Shown: positions 12,487 to 26,618 of the stretch, piece after piece
Position numbering within the stretch: position 1 is the first letter of the stretch
Layout: each line of letters starts with the position of its first letter
Origin: Octopus vulgaris
Taxonomy: Eukaryota
NCBI GenBank assembly: GCA_951406725.2
Contig: OX597818.1
Coordinates: 55,180,001-55,244,000, forward strand
Direction of reading: 5' to 3'
Length of the DNA stretch: 64,000 bases
The notes under the pieces: generated by a model
The model's input: only the letters and a program-made list of their open reading frames with translations
Told to the model about the DNA's origin: nothing
The model's database searches: none
Made by a program: the position numbers and the translations under genes

Positions 12487-13046
12487 TTGTTTTAGCATTT
12501 TCTGCATGTGTTTGTTATTAATCCTTTGTACGTTTCGGTGTGTTTGTCCTTTGTCTTTCCGCATGTGTATGCATTTTTTTTCTCTTGCTTGTCTTCAATA
12601 GTTTGTTCGCTTCTTCGTGTGTGTGTGTGCGTGTCTGTTACTGCAAATCACAGCTTGTTCTCAAACGTGTGTGCCTGTGTTTACATTTCATACCAACAGA
12701 CCCCCTTCTTTGATTTTTGGACACTCGCGCGCCCCATACACACACACCAACACGTGCTTACAGTTACACACATATATATACTCGCAAACATGTGTTTATA
12801 AACTTGCACACACAATTATGTATGTGTTTCTCTTGTTGGTCAAGAAGGATCCATCTGACAATGTTGTGCTTCCTTGATGCATTTAGGAAGGTCATAATTG
12901 GAGAGTCTTTGATTATAAGTTTACTTAATCAGTGTTGAGCTCTCAGGTCAAACAACCAGATTTGCATATCCCATACTAGTCTCCTTCAGAGACAGAATAT
13001 TCTTATTTATGATAATCACAGGTGTGGCTGTGTGATAGGGATGCAT

Positions 13047-13360
13047 AGGCGTGGCCATGTGGCAGACAGCTTGCTTCCCAATCACATGGTTCTGGGTTCA
13101 GTCCCACTGCGTAGCACCTTGGGCAAATGTCTTCTACTATAGCCTCGGGCCGACCAAAGCCTTGTGAGTGGTTTGTAGGTGGAAACTGAAAGAAGCCCTT
13201 GTATATATGTGTGTATGTGTGTGTGTGTGCCTACCTGTGCCTTTGTGTCTCTGTTTATCCCCATCACCGCTTGACAACCGGTGTTTGCGTACCCATAACT
13301 TAGCGGTTCGACAATAGTGAGCTATAAAATAAGTACCAGGTTTAAAGGGAAAAAGTACTG
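13047..13360 (+). mobile_element. SINE family A
   Basis: Head and body match the family consensus seen in the window. Confidence 0.8.
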
Positions 13361-13827
13361 GCGTGATATACACACATATGCGTGGATATACATTTCTGTG
13401 TTTCTTATTGGTAATTAGGAAACATCGGATAGGATACTCCTTTCAGGATGGCCATCATTAGAGTGTCTTAAGGCGAGCAGGTCAACATTCCACCTTGATC
13501 GTCTGGAGTAACGTGAGATGAAGTGTTTTGCTCAAGAACACAACGCGCCGCCCACTCAGGGAATCGAACCCGCGATCCAGCGATCGTGAATGCAACGGCC
13601 TTACCACCAGGCCACGCGCCTTCACAATAAATATAAATTGTGAAATAAAAGGTTCCTTCGATGCGCCTTAACATGTTTTTTATGTACTTGAAATTTACCC
13701 CTGCAATTAGTTAAGGGAACTTGTTACAGAAGATCCCTTCTAGTCTGTGGCCGCCCTCAGCTCCCTTCTAGTCTGTGGCTGCCATCAGTTGCTGTTTTCT
13801 CTCAAGTCGGTGTAAGCGTATTTGAGA

Positions 13828-14013
13828 CAGTGGTCCTTAACCTTTTTAATATCTGGGACAGATGCAATAGAGGGCCGCACAAAAAAAAAAATTCAGCTAA
13901 AGAAAATTTTATTATGTTCATAAAGGGAAGGCCGTCGTGGGCCGCTTCGAGGAACGCTTGAAGGACGCTTCAAGGCTGCATGTGGCCCTTGGAGCCGCGG
14001 TTGAGAACTGCTG
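13828..14013. mobile_element. hAT-type MITE
   Basis: Ends cagtggtccttaacc / ggttgagaactgctg, subterminal gggccgc motifs, degenerate TSD atttgaga / atttagga. A related right end lies at about 17990-18049. Confidence 0.7.
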
Positions 14014-14344
14014 ATTTAGGACCACATTAACTTATGCCTTTTTTGAGTCAAAATAATGAGATTTGGCTGCTATTTCTAGTAGGTCGATCAACCGTGTAGA
14101 GGGCCCCTGTCTTCGTTGGTGGCTTAAGAGGTTTTATCTTCTTGTGTGTCATGATGTCTCTTGCTGGCTGCCACTGGTTAGTTTATTTTAAGTCTTGTTG
14201 TTGTGATCCGTAGGTCAGAGGTTAGTAAGTTTAAGATAATAGGTCACAAGAGAGATAGAGTGAGGGAGGGAGGGAGGCAGACGCAGTGATTGGTTTGAGT
14301 CGGTAACAGAAACAACCAGGTTAAAACAATAGCGAACATATACT

Positions 14345-14695
14345 TATTTCTTTACTGCCCACAAGGGACTATACATAGAGGGGACAAACAAGGACAGACA
14401 AAGAGATTAAGTCGATTACATCGGCCCCGAGTGCGTAACTGGTACTTATTTAATCGACCCCGAAAGGATGAAAGGCAAAGTCGACCTTGGCGGAATTTGA
14501 ACTCAGAACGTAACGGTTGCCGAAATACCTATTTCTTTACTACCCACAAGGAGCTAAACACAGAGAGGACAAACAAGGACAGACAAACGGATTAAGTCGA
14601 TTATATCGACCCCAGTGCGCAACTGGTACTTATTTAATCGACCCCGAAAGGATGAAAGGCAAAGTCGACCTCGGCGGAATTTGAACTCGGAATGT
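14345..14695 (-). mobile_element. Head-to-tail tandem of two family B SINE bodies
   Basis: ~180-bp unit tttctttact.cccacaag...ggaatttgaactc repeated at about 14348 and 14532. Confidence 0.85.
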
Positions 14696-14806
14696 GAAGG
14701 GCACCCCGGACTACATTATCAATGTAGCTGATCCCTCGTTGACTCGAAATCGCTAAACGCGGTGGCCCAGAAACAAGAGTGTTTACAGCCTTACCACGAA
14801 CATATA

Positions 14807-15220
14807 GGCGCAGGCGTGGCTGTGTGGTAAGAAGCTTGCTTCTCAACCACGTTGTTCTGGGTTCAGTCCCACTGCGTGGTATTTTGGGCAAGTGTTTTCT
14901 ACTACAGCCTCAGACGGACAAAAGCTTTGTGAGCAGATTTGGTAGACGGAAACTGAAAGAAGCCCATCATATATATGTATGTACGTGTGTGTGTGTGTCT
15001 TTGTGTCCGTGTTTTCCCCCTACCACCGCTTGACAACCGGTGATGATGTGTTTACGTTCCCGTAACGTATCGGTTCGGCAAAGAGAAACCCATAGAATAA
15101 GTACCAGGCTCTTGAAAACAAAAAAATCCTGGAGTTGGTTTGTTCCGCTAAGACCCTTCAAGGCGTTGCTCCAACAAGGCCGCAGTCAAATGACTGAAAC
15201 CAGTAAAAGAAAAGAATAAA
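14807..15220 (+). mobile_element. SINE family A, full length
   Basis: From head aggcgcaggcgtggctgtgtggtaag to tail gactgaaaccagtaaaag. Confidence 0.88.
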
Positions 15221-15734
15221 AGATTACCGGCCAACACTTGTTGTTTTTTTTGTAGCCCCTGGTCAGTTTTGATTTTGAGTTTATTTAAGGCCGTGGTCAT
15301 TTCAGGCTGGGAGGTCAGTTTAATTAAGACATTGGTCATTTCCCTCACCACAGGTCAGTTCAGTGTATATTTAACGATTGTTATCTTTGTGGCCGTACAC
15401 GTTAGTTTACGAAGCCCCCTTGTTTGTTTATATGTATCTCTGTCCACCGCTGTTTTGTGTACATTTGATGTAGTTAACTTTGACCAGTGGTCATCCATGC
15501 CAAAATAGCCATTGCTCTATTTACAAAGCTAATAAATATGCAGTCAAGAAAATCCTACCAACGTCTTTAATTGTATTTCGTTTTATATAAAAATCCTTTT
15601 GGCTTTTATTTATTCTCGGCACTTTTTACATTTCTGTTATCTTTCTCTGTTTATTTGTCTCTACTGCAAGTCTTTCTGTCTGCTTGCCTGTCTGTCTGTC
15701 TGTCTATTCTTTTCTTTTTTAAACCTAATTTCAA

Positions 15735-16405
15735 ACTTGTTTCAGTTATTTGAGCGCGGCCATGCTGGAGCACCGCATTGAGTAAAAGAAATCGACACCA
15801 GGACTTATTCTTTGTAAGCCTGGTACTTATTCTATCGGATTTCTGTAGTTACGGGGGACATAAACACACCAACATCGGTTGTGAAGCGATGGTGGGAAGA
15901 CAATCACACACACACACACACATATAGGCGTAGGAGTGGTTGTGTGGTAAGTAGCTTGCTTACGAACTGCATGGTTCCGGGTTCAGTCCCACTGCGTAGC
16001 ACCTTAGACAAGTGTCTTCTGCTATAGCCTCGGGCCGACCAAAGCCTTATGAGTGGATTTGGTAGACGGAAACTGAAAGAAGCCCGTCGTATATATGTAT
16101 ATATATATATATATGTATAAAAATTATATATAAAAATGGGACAAGAACGTAAAAAACACAAATAGACGACACAAAAACGGACGGGTCATTCGAAGCCTCT
16201 AATCTTCAGTCAGGAACCGGATCGTCCTAGCAAATTTCGGTTAATTAATCCTGAGATTCGCTCAGATCCGGCCAGCCCCAAGGACAAACTAAGCTAAGAG
16301 CATTAGATTTCTTGAAAAGAGGATCGAATGTATACGAAACAGGGACAGAAAAACGGACGATGCCACACAAATATACATACAAAAAACAAAATTAAATTTT
16401 AAATA

Positions 16406-16441
<36 letters not shown>

Positions 16442-16815
16442 TGTATGTATGTATGAATGTGTGTGTGTGTATATGTTTGTGTGTCTGTGTTTGTCCACCC
16501 AACATCGCTTGATAACCGATGCTGGTGTGTTTACGTTCCCGTAACTTAGCGGTTCGGCAAAAGAGACCAATAGAATAAATCCTGGGCTCGATTTGCTCTA
16601 CTAAAGGTGGTGCTCGAGCATGGCCACAGTCACATGACTGAAACAAGAAAAAGAGTAAAAGAGAATACGACAGGCTTCTTTTAGTTTCCGTCTCCCAAAT
16701 CCACTCCCAAGGCTATAGTAGAAGACACTTGCTGAAGGTGCCACGCAGTGGGACTGAACCCGGAACCATGTAGTTGGGAAGTAAGCTTCTTACCACACAA
16801 CCACTCCTGCGCCTA
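15735..16815. mobile_element. Nested cluster of family A SINEs (a + copy inside a - copy) plus an unrelated repeat fragment
   Basis: Minus 3' half at 15735-15900, plus 5' half at 15926-16095, plus 3' half at 16470-16665, minus 5' half at 16667-16815. Confidence 0.75.
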
Positions 16816-17404
16816 TCTCTATCTTTCTTTTGTTTTGTTTTTTTCTTGCTTTGTTTTTTGTTTTGTTTTTCTCTTACAAAAGTAAGATTGTATTATTGTT
16901 CCTCGTGTTGCTGGTGTCATTTAGTATTGTTTTTACTAGTGGCGGCGGCGGCGGTAAGTGCTGCAGCATGGTGTTGCTAGTTGCAGTCGGTGTTTAATTT
17001 TGTTGCCTTGCAGATAGTCGCTTTTGTTTTTGCAATTGATGATGGTGGTGGTGATCATGACTTTTAGGCGGGGGCGGTGGTGGGTGATGGTGTTTGTCAT
17101 TTAACAAAGTGTTTGCAAAGCACAATTATGACAGTGAAATGCATGTCTGGAATGTTCTGTGACATTTCAAGGGAAAATTGTACGGCATAAGCGATACCAG
17201 CGATATCATGGTCCGTATACGAGAGAGGGCTCTGGGGCCAGGACGTCGTACGATACACAACCCTGAGCAACCGCTGACCCTATGGTAGATATCCGGCCTA
17301 CACCAGTGGACGGTTAAGACGCCTGGAATAGAGGAACAATCGTATCACACAAATACGGATAAACACACACACATACACACGTGTGTGTGTAGATATGAAT
17401 GTAC

Positions 17405-17745
17405 GAAGCAGAGTTGAATAAAAAAGAATTCTCCCGTGACTATCTCCGCTGCGAAAGGTCTTATCGTGTCCGAATACAGTCGAACGTGTTGAATATCACA
17501 CACACACGCACATTCGTGTGTATGTGTGAAGCAGTGTTAAATAAAATTAAAAAATTCTCCTGGGACTATCTCTGCAGTAAAAGGTCTTATCATGTCCGAA
17601 TACAGTCGAACTTATCGAATATGACACACACACTCGTGTGTGTGAAGCAGTGTTAAATATAAAAAAAATATCCTGGGACTATCTCCGCTGCGAAATGTCT
17701 GATGTCCGAATACCGTCGAACATGTCGAATATGACACACACACTC
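17405..17745. repeat. Three diverged ~115-120 bp tandem units
   Basis: gaagcag.gtt.aata...gactatctc.gc...gtccgaatac.gtcgaac...gaatat.acacacacac at about 17405, 17528 and 17644. Confidence 0.85.
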
Positions 17746-18599
17746 TCTGTGTTTAGCCCCTTGTGGGTAGTAAAGAAATAGGCATTTCGTCTGCCGATAC
17801 GTTCTGAGTTCAAATTCCGCCAAGGTCGACTTTGCCTTTCATCCTTTCGGGGTCGATAAAATAAGTACCAGTTATGCACTGGGGTTAAATAAACCTGGAT
17901 TTTTTGAAGGGGGTCACACCAGAAAGAGTATAACAAGTCATTTTAAGAAAATATCATTACATTTATAGAGGAAAGACCGTTGGGACCATCGGAAGGATGC
18001 TTCAGGGCCGCATGTGAACGACCCTGAGAACTGCGGTTGAGAACCGCTGGTCGAAAAACCTTGAGGGAGATGCCCCAGCATGGCCGCAGTCCAGTGACTG
18101 GAACAAGTAAAAGATATTCTACGGTACCCGAATGTCTTACCATGGGCTTACACCAGTAATGCATGTCCTCCACGCTACCTCCTTACTACATCCACCCGCT
18201 TCACACCCCACGATGCTGTTAAACGGGGTGCGGGACTGATGACGATAGTGTGGGTGAAGGAAAGCAAGGGGTTGAGTCGATCGACCAAGAACCAAATGAA
18301 TAAAAACAAATAAGAGACCTTCATACCCGAAACTAAATCTCCATGTTCGAATACTGATACGGGTATGTGGGTGGGGGTTAAATGGGTTTTTTCCCCTTTT
18401 TTATTATCCCCACCCCCTGCTCTGACCACTCATGCATGCAGCAAGATATACTGATAACCTTTATACGCATGACATGTCGGTGGTGTTGGTAGTGGTTGTG
18501 CGGTGGTGGTTGTAGTGGTGGTGGTTGAGGTGAAGGTATTTGCGTGTAGGCAAAGATGAGGAGACCCATATCGTTACGTGCACACACTCACATCATAAA

Positions 18600-19245
18600 C
18601 TTAAACTCTCTCTCACACACACACACTCATACATCACATTTACACACTTCACACGACACACACACATCAAACAACACACACGCACTCATACATCGCGCGC
18701 ACACACACGCATTACACATCACACAATGCACAATACACACACATACTCATACATCGCACAACACACTCACACAAACACATCACACAACACACACACACGC
18801 ATACATTATACAAAACACACACACACATTCATATACCACACAACACGCACTCACACATCAGATGTCACACACATTCAGACACACTCAAACATCACACACA
18901 CATCACAGCACGCACACATCACACATACATCACACAGCACACACACATCACACATACATCTCATATACACACACATCCTCATATACACACACATCCATAA
19001 ACCACACAACATACACTCACACACACACATTCAGACACACTCAAACATCACACACACATCACAGCACGCACACATCACACATACATCACACAGCACACAC
19101 ACATCACACATATACACACACTCATACATCTCATATACACACACATCCATACACCACACAACATACACTCACACATCAGATGTCACACATATTCGCACAC
19201 ACTCACACATCACACATTACCATGCACACACACACACACACAAAC
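18600..19245. repeat. Cryptic CA-rich simple repeat with internal longer duplications
   Basis: For example cacacacattcagacacactcaaacatcacacacacatcacagcacgcacacatc occurs twice. Confidence 0.9.
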
Positions 19246-19454
19246 TTTACACGTAGACATGCATATCTACTGAGAGACGAAGTGATGTTGCTGATGGTAA
19301 TTTTCTTGTTTTGCCCTAGCTCGGGCTGTGATTGAGCAGACCAATGGTCAAACGACATTCCAGCCGTGCCTATCCCTCTCCTCACCTTTTCATATGTGCA
19401 GGAACACGTCAAAGAACCTCCTTTTTTCGCGTTTATGCTCTATAAGACGACACC

Positions 19455-19817
19455 AAGTGGTTGTGTGGTAAGTAGCTTACTTACCAACCACATGGTTCCG
19501 GGTTCAGTCCCACTGTGTAGCACCTTGGGCAGGTATATTCTGCTATAGCCTCGGGCCGAGCAAAGCCTTGTGAGTGGATTTGGTAGACGGAAACTGAAAG
19601 ACCCGATATATATATGTGTGTGTGTGTGTCTGTGTTTGTTCCCCCCTCCCCATCGCTTGACAACCTATGCTGGTGTGTTTACGTCCCCTTAATCTAGCGG
19701 TTCGGCAAAAGAGACCAATAGAATAAGTACTAGTCTTACAAGGAATAAGTCCTGGGGTCGATTCGTTCGGCTAAAGGCGGTGCTCCAGCATGGCCGCCGT
19801 CAAATGACTGAAACAAA
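19455..19817 (+). mobile_element. SINE family A
   Basis: Full body and tail. Confidence 0.88.
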
Positions 19818-20474
19818 TGCCATATGATTTGAGAAAGATTTACTTGCTATTTCTAGCGGATCGATCAGCCATGTAGCGGCACCTTGTTTGGCTCATGGCC
19901 ATAGAAGTAAAAACGAACTCTGTGTGTGTGTGTGTGTGTGTGTATCAGAAGGCAGATTGATACATAAGTATATTTTGTAAGAAATGGTGGTGGTGGAGGA
20001 GGAGAAATTGGGGCTGGTGCTGGCAACGGTCATTTTATCAGCTGCGGAAAAGGTTCCCCACTTAACAAGGAGCTGACACTAATCCGAGGAGTTTAACACG
20101 TTTACAGAGAGAATCAGTTTCTTCCCAATCACCTGAACACTCACCCTACATCTCTTACTCCTCCTCATCCTGCCTCCTCCTCCTCCCTTTTTCTCTTGCC
20201 TTCTGCCCCCTCCTCCTCCTCCTCCTCCTCTTGTATATAACTTCTATTGCCGTGTGTAACTGTTGCAGGTGGCGAAGTTTGTAGAGTGCCGGACTACACA
20301 ATCTATGAATCACTGGTTCGTATCCTTGCAAGGAGAGCGAATACTGTGGTCGTTTTTGCTGCTGTTTAGCCCTAGGTCGTATCTTCACGGGCAAAACTGT
20401 GATCTAGGGCCATTGAAGCCACGGTCCAGTTTTTTTTATAATAATTCCTAATAATATTTAACTATATATTTAAC

Positions 20475-20631
20475 AGGCGTGGCTGTGTGTTAAGAAGATT
20501 GCTTCCCAACCACATAGTTCTGGGTTCAGTCCCATTGCGTGGCACCTTGGGCAAGTGTCTTCTACTATAGCTTCAAGCCGACTAAAGCCTTTTGAGTGGA
20601 TTTGGTAGACGGAAACTCAAAGAAGCCCATC

Positions 20632-20666
<35 letters not shown>

Positions 20667-20880
20667 TGTATGTTTATGTGTCTGTTTTTCCCTCCACCAT
20701 CGCTTGACAACCAATGTTGGTGTGTTTACGTTCCCGTAACTTAGCGGTTCGGCAAAAGACACTGTAGAATAAGTACGAGGCCTACAAAGAATAAGTCTTG
20801 GGGTCGATTTGTTCTTCTAAAGGTGGTGCTCCAGCTTGGCCGTAGTCAAATGACTGAAACAAATAAAAGAATTAAAGAAT
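20475..20880 (+). mobile_element. SINE family A
   Basis: Full body and tail. Confidence 0.88.
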
Positions 20881-22707
20881 ATACAAATACAGAAGGATTT
20901 TATAAACATCGAATGGAGGTGGGGTTCCCAGTAGAGTATAATTGGGATCCAAAGGCTTTATTGGTAAAAAGAAGAAACATGGTTGAGAGCCACTCTGCCA
21001 GATGGTCATTTGGTGCGGCCAGCTTAACGGGCGCAAGGCGTGATAGTGTTAGTGAGATTTCTCCGCGGTGGCGTGGGTCCACAAGGCTGCCACCACTACA
21101 GTGCACGGCTCACTGGGCAAGACTCGTCTGCCATTGCTTCGCATCGACCCAAGATTTCTGGAAGAAATTTATTGGACGGAAATTGGAAATTGTAGGGAAG
21201 CCCACCCGGGTGTGTTCTAACTGGTCTAGGATAATCGACTTAATCCTTTGCTGAGTTTAACATCATCATCTGGTCCTTGTGTTCCTTCAGCGGAATCTCC
21301 TCTGTTGCAAGAACAGGGACCGGGCCTCCATCCCCTGAGTAACCCTACGAGTTGTGGTTTCTTTTTCTTTTCCCGCCACTAACTTTGAAAGCCCTGCAAA
21401 AACACCATGGGCCCTAACTAAAACATTTAAAAATGTGATATGTTGTCATTTGGCGTACTTACCCGGTACTCTATGGTACCGGTGGATGGCGGCAGTCTTG
21501 ATAGTTGTGGTTGTGGAATCAGTGTTGGAGTTGAGATAAGTTTGGCTGTTGGTAATTGGTGTACACACACACACACGCGCGCATATGACGGGCTTCTTTC
21601 AGTTTCCGTCGACTAAATCCACTCACAAGTCTCTGGTCGGCCTAAAGCTATTGTAAAAGATGCTTGCTCTTGGTCCCACGCTCTGGAATTGAACCGGCAA
21701 CAATGTGGTCAGAAAGCAAACTTCTTAACCACACAGCCACACCTGCGCCTAAAAATATCTCTCCCAAAGGAGAGAGAGAGAGGGGGTGACGAGGAGGGGA
21801 AGAGACAGACAGACAGACAGACACATCTACAAGCACGTGTTTGCATGTGACTGTCTCGTATGGTTAATTGAAGAGGTAAAGTTATCTTTGAATTTTGATA
21901 ATGAATATGATACGGTGTGTGTGCGTCTCCGTGTTGCTTTAATGCGTCTATACGTTTATATATATATATATATATATTACTTACACACACACACACACAC
22001 ACAATACACACACACACACATACACACAGGTATAACGTGTATTCGATAGAAACAGGTGTGTTAAGTAGACGTAGAGAAGATTGTTGTTAGCACGCCTTGT
22101 AGATTGACAATGCGTGGAGTTGTAATAAGTAGGTGTGTGTGTGTGTGTGAATGCGTCGGTGTGTGTGTGTGTGTGTGTAACCAATGTGACCAGGTGTGAC
22201 AATAATACCAACGATAAAATAATAATAATAATAATAATAATGATAACGAGTGGAGTTGTGTGAATGTTAATGAGTAGGTAGTGGCAGGGGGTAGGGTTGG
22301 AGGGAGGTGTGTGAGTGTGTTGTGGAAAGTGGGGGTTTGAGAGGGGGGTGTGTATATAATGAGTTTCTTGTTCTCATCTGAGAAACTCTGCGGAAAATGG
22401 TGTACGTGTGAATGTATATATATATATGTGTGTATGTGTGTGTATATATATATATATATATATCATCAAACATATACATATATAAAATGCATGTGTTGAC
22501 ATTTATGTTGCTATGGTATATATATATATATGTGTGTGTGTGCGCGCATGCATACTCGTGTGTATGTATGTATATATATATGTGTGTGTGTATGTGTATA
22601 TGTGTTTGTGTGTATGTATGTGTATATGTGTGCATATATGTTCATGTATATGTGTGTGCGCATGTCTATATATGTGTCTATATGCGTATGTGTGTGCATA
22701 TATACTC

Positions 22708-22765
<58 letters not shown>

Positions 22766-23623
22766 ACACGTGTGTTTACATACACACACACACACAGTGA
22801 AATGTGATGTTCTTTCAAAAGTGTATTGATGTATGTGTGTCTAAATTAACATTTGAGTGTATGTGAAGATATGGTGTGGGGTGTGAATATACCATTCCGT
22901 GTGTGTAAAAGTATGTGTGTGTATGTATGTGTGTGTGTGTGTGTGTGTGAGAAAAGGTGAGGAAAACAAGCGTCTTACATTTGTGTTAAAGTCCCTCGTT
23001 CTTCTTCACCTCCTCCTCTTCGCTCAATTCTTTCATTCATACTACAGCGGTGTGTGGTCGTGGTGAGGTGCGACCAAGGAGCCGGCGATAGTGATGGTGG
23101 CGGCGGCGGCGGCAGAGAGTGAGGTGGGGGGGGTGAGAATCCCACCTCCACTCTTGTATCACCTGATGCTTTAATTGACCAGGTGTGTTATCGAAATGAA
23201 CATCAGCACCTACACAACCAAGAACAACAGTTGTGTTGTCGTCGTTGTTACCTACCCCGGGTATATAAGGGGGTATGTAGGATGTATATTGGTTGTAGCT
23301 CTTGTAGTTGTGTATAGTTGTGGTAAAGGTTGTAGTGGTGTTGTGTAAATAATGTGATGGTGGTAGTGTAGTTTCATATGACTGTCAGGGTACTGTTAGT
23401 ATGGAAGTAGTAGTGGTGCGCAGGTGGAGGTAGCTGTGTTGGTGGTAGTTTAGTAGTTATAAGGCTTAGATGGGTGGCCGTGTTGTTAGAGGTATTGTAG
23501 GCAGTTTAGAAGTGGTGGCATCGCGAAGGTGGCTGTGTTGATAGTGTGGTGGGTCTCTACAGATTTTCTACAGAATTCAGAGCCAACACTTAGAGTGATC
23601 GAAGATAGAAAAAATAGGTAATT

Positions 23624-23941
23624 GGTGTATATTCATTTTTCGAGAGTTATTGCTCTTTCATCAGCGCCACTTCCAACCCTTCAACTATCGACGAACGCAT
23701 TGCTTAAATATACCGATTAAGTTTAGCGGTGTAACACTATTAGGTAGATCAATTTACATATTAATCACATTCCTGGCAACTGGTACGTGAATAACAATTG
23801 CTAGGAAGGACGGCGTTTCGTTTTGCTCCGCTTAGTTTCACTAAACTTAGTGGGTGTATGAGCAATACATTTGTGGATTCTTGATGGGTAGGATGTAATG
23901 CTGATGAGAGAGCAATAACTCTTGAAATGTGTATATACACC
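23624..23941. mobile_element. Inverted pair of Penelope-type pLTR fragments, each with a minimal hammerhead motif
   Basis: Plus strand 23895-23940: gtaatg-CTGATGA-gagag-caataa-ctctt-GAAA-tgtg-TA-tatac. Minus strand 23624-23665: CTGATGA-aagagcaataactctc-GAAA-aatgaatatacacc. Arm similarity extends about 105 bp. Confidence 0.7.
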
Positions 23942-24086
23942 CATCACCGTAGTGTGTGTGTATGTGTCTATATATATATACACGATGGGCTTCTTTCAGT
24001 TTCCGTGTACCAAATGTACTCACAAGCCCTTAGGTGGCCCGAGGGCACTTGCCCAAGGTGCGACACAGTGGGGCTGAATTGAGAAC

Positions 24087-24569
24087 GGCAAGACGTCCGC
24101 CCTCCCAAAAAGCCCCACCCTTTCTAAAACATTTTTTCGATCCCCCCCCCCCCCTTCGGCTACTAGGAATACGAATTTGCAAAAAAATTGGCAAAAATCG
24201 ACATTTCCGGATTACCCTCATCCCCATTTCCTTCATTTTAAACTTTTTTCACAATTTTTTTTTCAAAATATGCGGAAAAATACGGAGATTATGATTCTGA
24301 GAAAAATTTCCAAAAATCTTTGTAAAATTTTTTTTTAGTATGCGAAAAAATACGGACATCATGATTCGGACAAGAATTTCAAAACATTTCTGTACTTACG
24401 GTTATGGTTTTAGGGTTAATGTTGGGGGGAAAAAAGTTAAAATTGAAGAAGTTGGGGAAGAAGGGAGGGAAATTTCACAATGCCGATTTTCGGCAATTTT
24501 CCTGAACCTCTGTATTCAAAAACGGGGTGGGGGGAAATTGGGGAGAAAATGGGAGGCGTAATTCTTTCC
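24087..24569. mobile_element. Long-TIR non-autonomous DNA transposon (Mutator/Merlin-like) inserted in a family A SINE
   Basis: GG-starting imperfect TIRs with further internal inverted similarity (24167-24206 versus 24479-24517). 8-bp TSD ttgagaac / ctgagaac. The host SINE resumes on both sides. Confidence 0.7.
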
Positions 24570-24839
24570 CTGAGAACCATGTCGTTGGGAAACACACTTC
24601 TTGCCACGCATCCACACCTGCGCCTATGTTGCCCCCTTTTTGTATTACTGTCACTGACAGGTACATTGTAAACTCCCATACAGTTTCCATCCATTCGATT
24701 CCCTTCACCAGGCTCGGAGATGATCCGTTACTGTATACTCAAGATATGCCGCGTGTCGAAATCGAACCTAAGATCTCATCATTACGATGCGAACTTCATA
24801 CTCACTCGATCGTGTGTGTGTGTGCGCCTGTGTGTGTGT

Positions 24840-24880
<41 letters not shown>

Positions 24881-25007
24881 GGCGTCTTGTTGCTTGATTC
24901 GTTCAGCGGTGGGTCTCTCCTTGTTTTATGGTCATTACATACGCTGCCCCAAAATATGATGACAGCTGGATATTCCTCTTTCTACCTAATCCCCACCTTC
25001 CCCTTGG

Positions 25008-25054
<47 letters not shown>

Positions 25055-25354
25055 AAAACAGACAGACAGACAGACAGAAAGAGAGAGAGAGAGAATATGA
25101 TGGACAGAGTAGATCGGCATCTCCTACTCACCCTGCTGCCAGCTTTGTAAACCGAACCCACGCCTCTTACGTCGCCAAGAGGTTCGTGTTACTTATTTCG
25201 CCCCCCCCTCCTCCTCGATTCGTCTTACCTGACTAATTACGACAAAGAACATAAAATATTCAATATTATCATTGACATTATGTCATAAACTGATGACTGA
25301 ACCAATGCCTGGGGAATTTACTGGTTGACCGGAAGAGGATGGAGTGAGGTCTCT

Positions 25355-25428
25355 TCATCTGTCTATCTGTCTATCTATCTATCTATCTATCTATCTATTC
25401 ATCTTCCTACCTATCCATCTATACCTTA

Positions 25429-25459
<31 letters not shown>

Positions 25460-25460
25460 G

Positions 25461-25510
<50 letters not shown>

Positions 25511-25541
25511 CCTATCTATCTATCTATCTATCTATCTATCA

Positions 25542-25583
<42 letters not shown>

Positions 25584-25626
25584 TTATCTATCTATTTTAT
25601 CTATCCATCCATCCATCCATCCATCC

Positions 25627-25662
<36 letters not shown>

Positions 25663-25687
25663 GTCTGTCTGTCTGTCTGTCTGTCTT

Positions 25688-25747
<60 letters not shown>

Positions 25748-25778
25748 ATCTACCTATCTATCTACCTGTCTGTCTATC
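25355..25778. repeat. (TATC)n microsatellite
   Basis: Directly visible. Confidence 0.96.
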
Positions 25779-26051
25779 GTTCTTTGATTCTGGCTCTCCG
25801 TCGGTTACGACGACGAGTGTACCAGTTGATCCTATATCAACAGAACAACAGCCAGCCTGTGAAATTAACGTGCTTCAGTAGAGGTGATGCTGTTCAATGA
25901 TGGTATTGATGATGATGATGATGATGATGGTTATTATAGCGGCCTTCTTTCATGTCAGTACATAAAGAAGAGTTTGATATGAGAGAAAGTAATCGGCCTG
26001 TTGCGATTATCATCACTTTAACACTCTCTCTCTCCTTCTCTCTCCCTCCCC

Positions 26052-26082
<31 letters not shown>

Positions 26083-26618
26083 CTATTCTACACACAACAC
26101 TCAACCGTTTATTCTCTGCATAAATCATTTCCTTCAGTTTTATTCCCCCATAGGAATTAATCGAAATCTACCTTTCTGCCTTCCTACATTTATTTATCCT
26201 TTTTTTTCTTTTTTTTTGGTTCATCTTTCGCCATTACGCCACACAACAGCCTCCACCTCCTCCTCCTCCTCCTCCTCTCTTCCATCATGGCTCCAACCCC
26301 CTACCAGCCTCTTCTTCTTCTCCTTTCTCCTCGCCCTCATCTTCCATCTCCTTTTCTCTCATCGGACGTAAATATCAACGCAATACACTCACACGATCCG
26401 TACTGCCCGCCAATCATCGGACTAATTAAGGTGGCTAATCAATCGATCTCCCATCGATTTCTCGATCACTTTACACCTCGTAATCGGATCCAATCATTGC
26501 TGTTGTTGACGTGTACACCTGTTTGATTGTTTTCCAGCGACAGGTGATTTTTTTTCTGTTCTTTTTTTTTTTTTTTTTTTGATAAGCTAATATTTCAGAC
26601 TGGATACCATCCATCCCA

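Noticed and set aside
16940-16953. Possible microexon tag|tggcggcggcggcg|gtaagt (similarly cag|cgacag|gtgatt at 26538-26543)
   Set aside because: The first is non-triplet in length and the second has a weak donor; such matches are expected by chance in 64 kb.
20823-21254. 143-aa ORF in complex sequence
   Set aside because: It begins in a SINE tail, and I found no recognisable domain in the frames I translated and no convincing splice sites.
23155-23212. Possible pre-miRNA hairpin (ctgatg...catcag)
   Set aside because: Pairing beyond the 6-bp ends is poor and no known mature sequence was recognised.
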